64,000 bases of DNA from Lingula anatina (lineage: Eukaryota > Animalia > Brachiopoda), in contig CM120645.1 of NCBI GenBank assembly GCA_051362555.1, positions 17,298,001 to 17,362,000 of the forward strand, in the 5' to 3' direction. This document shows, piece after piece, positions 1-9,161 of the stretch; the stretch's first letter is position 1, and the number at the start of each line of letters is the position of its first letter. The translations under genes and the position numbers were made by a program. Below the pieces are notes generated by a model. The model had not been told where the DNA came from. It searched no databases and saw nothing but the letters and a program-made list of their open reading frames with translations.

Positions 1-2234
1 CTCTGAGACACATTTCTAAGCGCCTGTTTTGTCTCATTTTTTCCACGCGTTTAGCACCTAAGCACGTTAAGCCTATTAACATGTTACACGCTTTGACGTG
101 CTTGACGCCTAATAAATGTAGGGTGTGTTTGTTTAACTTTAAGGTTGTAACGTTTTCAACTGTTTCAGTCACTCTCTCTCCCACACACACACGCGCGCGC
201 GCGAAGTCATGGTCACCTTTAACTGCTATAGTTATCTCTATCTATAACAGGGTACTGTGAACTGTCAACATAGTTGATTCACACCATCATCTTTACAGCG
301 GAACTTATTCATCCTTGTGTTAGCTGACCTTGCGAGGAAGTTAATCGGAATATATTTCTGAAAAACAAGTTAGGAAAATTCACTAGTTTACTAAAGACAC
401 GAAACAACTATCACTTTTACTTTAAAACATTTTTTTCATATTTTGATAAAATGCGTTAAGGTATTGATGTTCATTTATTTTTCCGGAAGTAATGAACAAT
501 AGAACATCAGGATGATGGTGAGGTATTCATTATAATGGTTTATTTAAGCTTTCATCACATGCTGGTTATTTTGGTAACGATAGTCCGCATATTTTTCAAG
601 TCGCACCGCTCTAGTCGCCGACTAACCCAAGCCCATTTTGGAATTAACCGCTAACTGTAGTTCATACAGTATAAGACGTGTTTTGGTGATTAATAAAAAA
701 AGTTTTCAAAACATTAAATAATGTTTTTCCAGAATGTTATAAAACGCTTATAAAACTGCAAGGGCATCATTTTGCATGGCGTTAAAAACACCCATAATGT
801 TACCATGACGTTATTCTATACCATCACTATCATGTAACCAGCTGATAAAGTCGTGAAAACGTTATTTGTTATTTGGATTATTACTTAATAGGCCTATTTT
901 AAATAATCACACGTTACTGCAAGGAAGGACACAACGCGTTCGAGCAGGCTGCTTCTCGCCTCCAACAGCCCCATATGTTTACAAGGGGAAGTGTTAAGCA
1001 AAATTGTTGAGTCTTGTAATAAACTTGTTATGGGATCGTATATATGGGATTGTGAAGCATTTTTTCTGTGACGAGCTTGAAAAGCTAAACATGTTGTTTA
1101 GCAGCTCCACGCGTTAAGGAATTCCACACCTATAGCAGCTCCATATGTTTAGCAGCCTCACGGGAAGTGCTTAGCCAATGTGCTTAGCTTGTGATAGACT
1201 TGTTATAGAATCATATGCCGGTGAAGCTAAACACATAGCTAAACGTGTAACAATGCCAACGTGTCTAGCTTATTCTTCTGTGAAACGTTTGAAAAGCTAT
1301 ACGCGTTTAGCATTTACACAGATTTCTAAATGCGTATAGGTGCCTAACGTGTGTTGTATGTATTTAAATACTAAACACTGTTTTTACAGTGTATATATCC
1401 GTTTTACATGTATCATATTACATTGTCATTTATGTAATTTCTCCAATTCAAATGAAAGACCAACGTTTTGTATTTTAACTAATGTTTAAAAAGTCATGTC
1501 AGTAATTACCTCAATGCCTTTACATATAAAAAGGGTACTATGTTGGGACTTTTGGGAATAGAGTGCTGTCTGACGTCACTGGTGCATCTCGGCTCACTTC
1601 CGGATAACGTTTTTACCTGTCTTTTAATGGACAGAATAATACACAAATGAATTTTCGCCCTAAAAGCAGGAAAAGGTTAGGTTTCAAAGGAAAACGACCA
1701 AAAATTGAAAATGCCCAACGACTTAATACCAACCTGATATTTAATAACATTTTTACTATTTATTATATAGTATATCTAGAACCCTGCGCTATTTACGTGT
1801 AAGTGCGCTTTCTTTGTATCACGCTATAAGTAATAAAATCTGTTACTGGCTATGTATCTAGTCTTTTGATTCGCTCGCTTGTCGCAGCAACATCGCACAT
1901 ATCGCTAACAGGACTTCAATATATTATTCGACAGAGCGATTGACAATTGACCTGGATGAAGTGATTCACAAAAACAATTTTGCAACAGTATATTGCAAAT
2001 GAGACCACATCAATCACTCATATACATTTAATTAAAAGTGAGGTAAAAATGAGAACACTTTATACAGTGTATTAGATATTATAGCCCAGGATTATTTAAA
2101 TTCCGACTGAACACAAGATTATCCACATGCCCCCCGCCTGGGCGGCCACATGCTTCCTCGCTGGTTATAAAGCATTAATATGACACATAAATTATGATGA
2201 AGATTCTTATATACGATATTTTTTTCTTTCACAG

Positions 2235-2488
2235 GACCAGCAACCCCCTGTCTCGCCTGGATACCCTGGTCCACGGGGGTGTCCCCCACAGCAGCAGTCA
2301 CAGGGGGTCCACAGAGAGTGCCCCCACCGTGGTACTGGACTGGGACGATGACGAGGAAGAGGGTGGCACAGAGGAGCAGAGAAAGGAGAGAGAGGAGAGG
2401 GAGGGTGTTCTCCCGTCCCCCAGTGTTTCTCCAGTCCCATGGCTGACTGACCAGGACGCCCTGGCCGCACTTACGGAAACACTCTCAG
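2235..2488 (+). CDS. Orphan GC-rich exon-like segment (acidic/low-complexity peptide TSNPLSRLDTLVHGG...DWDDDEEEGG...WLTDQDALAALTETLS); gene unknown, possibly a pseudo-exon
   Basis: Pyrimidine tract plus acceptor ttttttctttcacag|G at 2234/2235; open frame; donor CTCAG|GTAATG at 2488/2489; GC far above the flanks. No recognisable domain. Confidence 0.45.
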
Positions 2489-3440
2489 GTAATGTGGTCG
2501 GCGTGGCCCTCTCTGTACTCCGATAACGTGGTGGACGTGATCCTCACTGTACTGAGGTAATGTGGTCGGCGTGATCCTCTATACTGAGGTAGTGTAGTTG
2601 ACGTGATCCTCTCTGCACTGTGGTAATGTGGTCGGCGTGCTCCTCTCCATACTCAGGTAATGTGGTCGGCGTGATCCTCTCTGTACTGAGGAAATGTGGT
2701 CGGCGTGATCCTCTCTATACTCAGGGAATGTGGTCGGCATGATCCTCTCTATACTCAGGTAATGTGGTCGGCGTGATCCTCTCTGTACTGAGGTAATGCG
2801 GTCGGCGTGATCCTCTCTGTACTGAGGTAATGTGGTCGGCATGATCCCCTCTGTACTGAGGTAACGTGGTCGGCGTGATCCCCTCTGTACTGAGGTAATG
2901 TGGTCGGCGTGATCCCGTCTGTACTGAGGTAATGTGGTCGGCGTGATCCTCTCTGTACTTAGGTAATGTGGTCGGCGTGATCCCGTCTGTACTGAGGTAA
3001 TGTGGTCGGCGTGATCCTCTCTGTACTTAGGTAATGTGGTCGGCGTGATCTTCTCTGTACTGAGGTAATGTGATCGGCGTGATCCTCTCTGTACTCAGGT
3101 AATGTGGTCGGCGTGATCCCCTCTGTACTCAGGTAATGTGGTCGGCGTGATCCTCTCTGTACTTAGGTAATGTGGTCGGCGTGATCTTCTCTGTACTGAG
3201 GTAATGTGATCGGCGTGAACCTCTCTGTACTGAGGTAATGTGGTCGGCGTGATCCTCTCTGTACTGAGGTAATGTGGTCGGCGTGATCCCCTCTGTACTT
3301 TGGTAATGTGGTCGGCGTGATCCTCTCTGTACTTAGGTAATGTGGTCGGCGTGATCCTCTCTGTACTCAGGCAATGTGGTCGGCGTGATCCTCCCTGTAC
3401 TGAGGTAGTGTGGTCGGCGCGATCCTCTCTGTACTCAGGT
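2484..3440. repeat. 34-bp minisatellite, ~28 copies, consensus GTAATGTGGTCGGCGTGATCCTCTCTGTACT(C/G/T)AG
   Basis: Period read directly (e.g. GAGGTAA at 2824 and 2858); first CTCAGGT at 2484, last at 3434 (950 bp, ~28 units); 5' units are more degenerate. Confidence 0.97.
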
Positions 3441-4398
3441 GGTGCAGAGCCGAGGAATAGCGCATCTATTCGCAAAGGCTTGCAGGGATATGTATATGTT
3501 TACCAGTAGTTACTGGATTATTGACCACGATCTGATGCATCGGTAACAGTGATAAAGTCAGGAATATGCATTACCTGCATATGTGTACATTTACGTGTGC
3601 GTGCCCCATCGCCAAATATAATGGGAACAGTGCATCGTATAACATAGTGAACTTTCAGTTATTTGTGGAAATATGTATGTATGTACAGCTGTATTTGGGA
3701 CCGACGTGTCTTATTTTTTGTGTCTTTTTTATACTGCTTATAAATCACACACGGTCGCATAAATGCACATTTTCAGTAGATTAACACTCTCTAACAAACA
3801 AACGTTTCTAGCTAGGATTAGATGGAATTTTGCAACCAAAAACCTTTTAAAGTTTTACTTATTCAATTAAAACGTGATAGGAGTTTCTTGAAAATGTTTT
3901 GATCTCACATGTAAATGCGTTTGATTCCTAGAAGAAGCCAAAGCCATAAAGTTCGATATTCGATCATCATTGACATTACCAGGGTCCTCAGTGCGAATCT
4001 CATGTATTTTATTTCCGTTCTGACGCAGAGTATTTCCTCCCGTGGATGTTGCAATGACCGGATGGCTTGGAAGTGGTAATTGTGATGAACTGGTAGCGGA
4101 AACAGTCGGTATAAAGTGACAGCAGTGGAATCACACTGCGTTGAAGGATGCAGTACCGTTTAAAACCGTCTAAAACTGTTTTAGTTCGATGTGGTCATCT
4201 GGTCTGGCGCTTGTCACGTGGGCACGGAAAAGTCTGCCAAGAATTTAAATCATATAAAAAGATGAACAAGATAACATTAAAAGCGATAAATTCAGGTCCT
4301 GAAAATCTGTTTAACCAGTGCATATCAAGTCCATCAGACAAGTTTGGGTTTATTGGCCTTTGCTGTCCCAGCGTTGATTATACTGTTAATATAAAACT

Positions 4399-4608
4399 TG
4401 TTATGGTTCTTAACACTATCGGTCAAGCTTATAGTAACCCCAACCCTCTGTCATCAATTATCATTAAATAGCACTCTCACTAATGTACGTAGTATAAACA
4501 CACTTGACAGTGATCCCTCTGATCAGTAGACACACAATGTATTTATATCTGCACACTTGGAAATAAAGTCAGTTGTTGCAGTCAAGTTCTTCTTCTGGAG
4601 TTGTTTCA
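4399..4608 (+). repeat. 5' LTR (210 bp)
   Basis: TGTTATGG...GTTTCA; no mismatch to the 3' LTR found by eye; TATTTATA 4540-4547, AATAAA 4562-4567, Inr-like TCAGTT 4569-4574. Confidence 0.97.
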
Positions 4609-4621
4609 TGGTGTCAGAAGT
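4609..4621 (+). promoter_or_regulatory. Primer-binding site complementary to the 3' end of tRNA-Leu
   Basis: TGGTGTCAGAAGT immediately after the 5' LTR; complement of the ...ACTTCTGACACCA end of eukaryotic tRNA-Leu. Confidence 0.85.
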
Positions 4622-4690
4622 ACGTGACTGTGTTTTATAACAATACAGTGAGCCAACGCTGATAACCAGTTGATAAAAAAGTCTTTCCAC

Positions 4691-7600
4691 ATGGAGCTGG
4701 GAGCTTTACCAGTACCTGCCATGAACTGGCATGCTACCGATGCAGTTCAGGAGTACAAGAAGTTCAAACAGATGTGCGAGTTATACTTTGATGGTCCACT
4801 AAAGAACAAATCTAAGACTGAAAAGATTGCGTACCTCCAAATATGGGCTGGAGAGACTGGACGAGACCTAGTAAGCACATGGAACTTGACTGGGGATGAA
4901 TCTAAGGAATTAAAAACCTACTTTGACAAATTTGAAGAATTTGTTAAGCCTAAAAGCAATTTTAGACTAGCCAGATTTAAGCTGAGGACCCTTACGCAAG
5001 GAAACGGGGAAACTGTAGATCAATTCTTGAAGAGAATTCGTTCTCTGGTCAGCGAGTGCAAGTATACCCAACCAGATGAACAAATACTTGACACGCTCAT
5101 TTTTGGATGCAAATCAGCCCGCACGCAGTCCAAATTACTGGAATTGGGTGAAACTCTGTCATTGGACAAGGCGATCGACATTGCAAGAACTCAGGAAGCA
5201 ACCTCGCAGCAACTCACAGACATCAATCGAGACGCCCAGGTCCATGCAGTCAAGCACAACAAACCGTTTCGCCATAAACCTACATTTAAAGGGACACATA
5301 AGAAGAGAGAAACTTCTACCATGGCCTCAAAGTGCCACCCCACAATGGAAAATCAGTGCAATAACTGTGGATCAAAACATGATCATAGTAAAAGAGAGCT
5401 GTGCCCAGCATACGGGTCCACATGCTTTGGCTGTGGGAAACTTAACCACTGGAGAAAGTGCTGCCGCTCCGAGCACAAGCAGTCCACAATTCATCGTGGA
5501 AACAGGCCACACAGACACGCCGTCACTCCCAAGCAGCAAATGCATAGAGTGCATGCCTGCAGCGAAGACGACTGTGAGCCACAAGAGAGCAATGAGCTAT
5601 ATTTTAGCCCAATATACGTGGGCAGCATTGAAAGCAAGCTTGCTTTCATTAACCTGAAAATCAGCTCTGAGCAAAATAGTATCACTTTTCCGTGCAAAGT
5701 TGATACTGGTGCCGATGGAAACCTAATCACGAAGAAAGACTATGCCAAATTATGCCCTAATAATACCAATTTGAAACCGTCTGGCGTCAAAATTACAGCC
5801 TTTGGTGGTCAACGCATACCCCATTATGGATCATGCACCTTGACACTGACGTATGGAGGTTCAAATACTGAGCATGAATTTCACGTTGTCGAAACCAATG
5901 GGCCGACTATCCTAGGCATAGACACCTGCCAGAAACTAGGCTTAGTTACACTTAACTATGCTGTTGATCTGGAGGACATACAGCACTCCAATGCTAACAA
6001 TGCACTTCTGGAACAGTACCCCGAATGTTTCCAAGGCATTGGCTGTTTTAAAGGGGAATACCACATTACCCTTGATCCCTCGGTGCCACCAGTGGTGCAT
6101 CCACCACGCCGTGTACCAGAAGCTTTACGTGAGCCTCTCAAAACGGAGCTCGAGTCTCTTGAAAAGAAAGGCATCATCGCTAAAGTAGAGGAGCCAACAG
6201 ACTGGGTCAACTCGTTAGTCTGTGTCACTAAGGCTGATGGCAGCATACGCCTGTGCTTAGACCCAAAAGATCTAAATGCCGCGATAAAAAGGCCACATCA
6301 TCGAATCCCAAGCTTTGACGAAATTTTACCAAGGCTTAGCGGAGCCCGCTATTTCTCAATTCTGGATGCTCGTAGTGGTTACTGGAACATTAAACTTGAC
6401 CATGAGAGTTCACTGTACACCACTTTCAATTCACCTCACGGTCGATACCGTTTCCTACGACTTCCATTTGGCCTTGTATGCGCCCAAGATGTTTTCCAAA
6501 AAAAGGTAGATGAAGCCTTCGGAGACCTAGACGGAATTACAGGAATCATTGACGACATCGTTGTCCATGGGAAAACCAAAGAAGAGCACGACAGGAATTT
6601 GCATCTCCTCATGGATCGTGCCAGAAAAATAGGCATCCGTTTCAATCCAGATAAAATGCGCATCAGATGCAGCGAAATTCCATTCTTTGGAAACATACTC
6701 AGTTCGGAGGGTCTACAACCTGACCCGAAGAAAGTGGAATCCATCCACAGCATGGATCCGTCCAGCAACCTCACCGATCTTCAAACATTTCTTGGCCTCA
6801 CCCAGTACCTCAGCAGGTTCATACCCAACCTGGCTTCCATTTCAGCAGTACTGTGGGACTTAACTAAGAGCAAAAATGAGTTCGTTTGGAGCCCAGAGCA
6901 TCAGGCTGCAGTAGAGAAAATCAAATCTGTCATCACCTCACCAGAAACATTGCAATATTTTGACAGTAGCAAACATGTAACGATTCAGGTTGACGCGTCG
7001 CAGCGCGGCCTCGGCGCCACTTTGATGCAGAACAATCGCCCTGTCGAATACAGGAGCAAATTACTAACAGAAACCGAGACGCGGTATTCAAACATAGAGC
7101 GTGAAATGCTTGCAGTTGTACATGGATTAGAGAAGTTCCATTACTACGCTTATGGCCGTAAAGTCACTGTTGAAAGTGATCATAAGCCTCTCCAATCCAT
7201 ATTCCAGAAACATGTGAACAATGCACCTCCCAGAATCGCAAGGATGATGTTGCGCATTCAGAAATATGATGTAACAATCAAATATGTGCCAGGAAAGAAC
7301 ATTCCAATCGCTGATGCTCTTTCCAGATTGTCAAAATGCGAAGGTGACACCATTCAAGGTGTAGATGTCACAGTGCATGAGATCGACATGCAGCTGAATG
7401 CAAGCCCCACCAGACTAAAGCAGATCCGAGAAGAAACGTCCAAGGACGAGACACTTCACTCTCTTCGAAACTTCATCACAAACGGATGGCCAAACACTAG
7501 GTCAGAGTGTCCATCGCACCTCCACGACTATTGGAATTACCGTGATGAATTGTCAGTATTTGATGGCCTTATTCTAAAAGGAACTAGAATCCTGATCCCA

Positions 7601-8734
7601 ACAACGCTTCAAGCAGCGGTGTTAGAGCAGTTACACTATGCTCATCAAGGAGCTGAAAAGTGCAAACTTCGTGCCAAAGGATCTGTATTCTGGGTCAACA
7701 TTAATCGAGACATCGAAAACATGGTTAAAGCATGTGCACCATGCCAACACAACCAGAAGGCAAACGTCAAACAACCGCTAATGCCACACGATGTACCACA
7801 AAAACCATGGCACACACTGGGAGCAGACTTATTTTTCATTGACAATGACAGTTACTTGCTCATATCTGACTATTACAGCAAATTTCCAGTAGTCAGAAAG
7901 CTGAACAATTTGCAGTCCAACACTACCATTGCTCACATGAAATCAATCTTTGAGGAATTCGGAATCCCTAGAAAGCTTATCACTGGAAATGACACTCAGT
8001 TTACTTCGGCTGAATTCCAGAAATTTAGCCACGATTATGGCTTCGAGCACGTCCAAACAAGCCCCCACTATTCACAGGCCAATGGATTTATTGAACGAGC
8101 TGTTCAAACTGTTAAAAATCTGCTGATTAAATGCAAGGAAGCTAAAACCGATCCTCATATGGCCATGTTGTGCCTTAGATGCACACCATTAGATCACAAC
8201 ATACCATCGCCAGCAGAACTCTTAAATTCTCGTGCTTATGATACCAATCTTCCTGCCATCCAATCCCACCTGTCACATGCCTCTTATGACGGTGAAATAA
8301 ATGCATACATGCAAAGAAAAAAGGATAAAGAAAAGAGCAGATATGATCAGTCAGCCAGAAACCTATCTGACCTACTTCCTGGTCAGCATGTGAGAGTACG
8401 ACATCCCCAGAGTCACAAATGGGAACCAGCAATTGTAGATTCTACGAGACCAAACAGGAGCTATGTTGTAAAAACTAACAATGGTGGTCAGTATGTACGC
8501 AACCGTATACACATACGTCCAACAGGAGAGAAATTCAATCAGTCTGACTTTGAAAACACCCATTTGCAAAATCATTCACCAAGCAATGATCAGGAGCCCC
8601 GCTTTGAGAATTCAGAAGCAGCTCAGAACAAACAAGTGCCAAACACTGTGGATAACACTGTACCCCAATCACCAGTGCCATCTCCACGACGATCTACTAG
8701 AATAACAAAAGCACCTGATAGACTGAACTTGTAA
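4691..8734 (+). CDS. Gag-Pol polyprotein (1347 aa from first ATG): gag with two zinc knuckles, aspartic protease, reverse transcriptase, RNase H, integrase
   Basis: Uninterrupted ORF. CNNCGSKH..CPAYGSTCFGCGKLNHWRKCC; VDTGA protease; LDARSGYW, RLPFGL, IIDD RT; VDAS, YSNIERE, SDHKPL RNase H; HYAH...CAPC, GADLF, SQANGFIER integrase. ORF track starts at an upstream TTG (4670). Confidence 0.97.
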   Translation: MELGALPVPAMNWHATDAVQEYKKFKQMCELYFDGPLKNKSKTEKIAYLQIWAGETGRDLVSTWNLTGDESKELKTYFDKFEEFVKPKSNFRLARFKLRTLTQGNGETVDQFLKRIRSLVSECKYTQPDEQILDTLIFGCKSARTQSKLLELGETLSLDKAIDIARTQEATSQQLTDINRDAQVHAVKHNKPFRHKPTFKGTHKKRETSTMASKCHPTMENQCNNCGSKHDHSKRELCPAYGSTCFGCGKLNHWRKCCRSEHKQSTIHRGNRPHRHAVTPKQQMHRVHACSEDDCEPQESNELYFSPIYVGSIESKLAFINLKISSEQNSITFPCKVDTGADGNLITKKDYAKLCPNNTNLKPSGVKITAFGGQRIPHYGSCTLTLTYGGSNTEHEFHVVETNGPTILGIDTCQKLGLVTLNYAVDLEDIQHSNANNALLEQYPECFQGIGCFKGEYHITLDPSVPPVVHPPRRVPEALREPLKTELESLEKKGIIAKVEEPTDWVNSLVCVTKADGSIRLCLDPKDLNAAIKRPHHRIPSFDEILPRLSGARYFSILDARSGYWNIKLDHESSLYTTFNSPHGRYRFLRLPFGLVCAQDVFQKKVDEAFGDLDGITGIIDDIVVHGKTKEEHDRNLHLLMDRARKIGIRFNPDKMRIRCSEIPFFGNILSSEGLQPDPKKVESIHSMDPSSNLTDLQTFLGLTQYLSRFIPNLASISAVLWDLTKSKNEFVWSPEHQAAVEKIKSVITSPETLQYFDSSKHVTIQVDASQRGLGATLMQNNRPVEYRSKLLTETETRYSNIEREMLAVVHGLEKFHYYAYGRKVTVESDHKPLQSIFQKHVNNAPPRIARMMLRIQKYDVTIKYVPGKNIPIADALSRLSKCEGDTIQGVDVTVHEIDMQLNASPTRLKQIREETSKDETLHSLRNFITNGWPNTRSECPSHLHDYWNYRDELSVFDGLILKGTRILIPTTLQAAVLEQLHYAHQGAEKCKLRAKGSVFWVNINRDIENMVKACAPCQHNQKANVKQPLMPHDVPQKPWHTLGADLFFIDNDSYLLISDYYSKFPVVRKLNNLQSNTTIAHMKSIFEEFGIPRKLITGNDTQFTSAEFQKFSHDYGFEHVQTSPHYSQANGFIERAVQTVKNLLIKCKEAKTDPHMAMLCLRCTPLDHNIPSPAELLNSRAYDTNLPAIQSHLSHASYDGEINAYMQRKKDKEKSRYDQSARNLSDLLPGQHVRVRHPQSHKWEPAIVDSTRPNRSYVVKTNNGGQYVRNRIHIRPTGEKFNQSDFENTHLQNHSPSNDQEPRFENSEAAQNKQVPNTVDNTVPQSPVPSPRRSTRITKAPDRLNL

Positions 8735-8936
8735 CTTGTACATATGCATGAACAATGTCATATAGCTCTACTAGCTAGGATTTTATTTATCACTGTATTT
8801 ACTTTATTTTACTCACTTAAACTACATGCTTCACATGTGAGACTTCTCTTGCACAAGGTATTACTCAAAAAATCAAAAAGACATTTATTCTGTGTTGCCA
8901 CTATTAACCCTTGATTTAGCACCGATTATCTTTTCT

Positions 8937-8951
8937 AAAGGAAGAAGGGGA
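8937..8951 (+). promoter_or_regulatory. Polypurine tract
   Basis: AAAGGAAGAAGGGGA directly before the 3' LTR TG. Confidence 0.9.
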
Positions 8952-9161
8952 TGTTATGGTTCTTAACACTATCGGTCAAGCTTATAGTAACCCCAACCCT
9001 CTGTCATCAATTATCATTAAATAGCACTCTCACTAATGTACGTAGTATAAACACACTTGACAGTGATCCCTCTGATCAGTAGACACACAATGTATTTATA
9101 TCTGCACACTTGGAAATAAAGTCAGTTGTTGCAGTCAAGTTCTTCTTCTGGAGTTGTTTCA
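8952..9161 (+). repeat. 3' LTR (210 bp)
   Basis: Same sequence as 4399-4608, followed by TSD AAACT. Confidence 0.97.

Larger units (their letters stand above)
4399..9161 (+). mobile_element. Full-length Ty3/Gypsy LTR retrotransposon, Mag-like clade
   Basis: TG...CA LTRs at 4399-4608 and 8952-9161; 5-bp TSD AAACT at 4394-4398 and 9162-9166; PBS, PPT; single ORF in Gypsy order gag-PR-RT-RH-IN. Confidence 0.98.

Noticed and set aside
1-1391. Degenerate repeats with CACGCGTTTAGC-like motifs ending in TTTTTACAGTG
   Set aside because: Probably the end of an old MITE whose other terminus is outside the window; boundaries cannot be supported.
2484-3440. CRISPR array
   Set aside because: Units are contiguous with no unique spacers, no cas genes, and the context is eukaryotic.
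2579-3475. Minus-strand ORFs (EDHADHITSVQRGSRRPHYLS repeats)
   Set aside because: Translation by-products of the 34-bp repeat cycling through three frames.
5076-5657. 193-aa overlapping ORF inside gag, and antisense ORFs in pol
   Set aside because: No recognisable motifs; gag-pol is already one continuous frame, so these are expected shadow ORFs.
6545-6556. RT motif IIDD instead of YxDD
   Set aside because: Both catalytic Asp residues are intact, and non-Tyr first positions occur in Mag-like elements.
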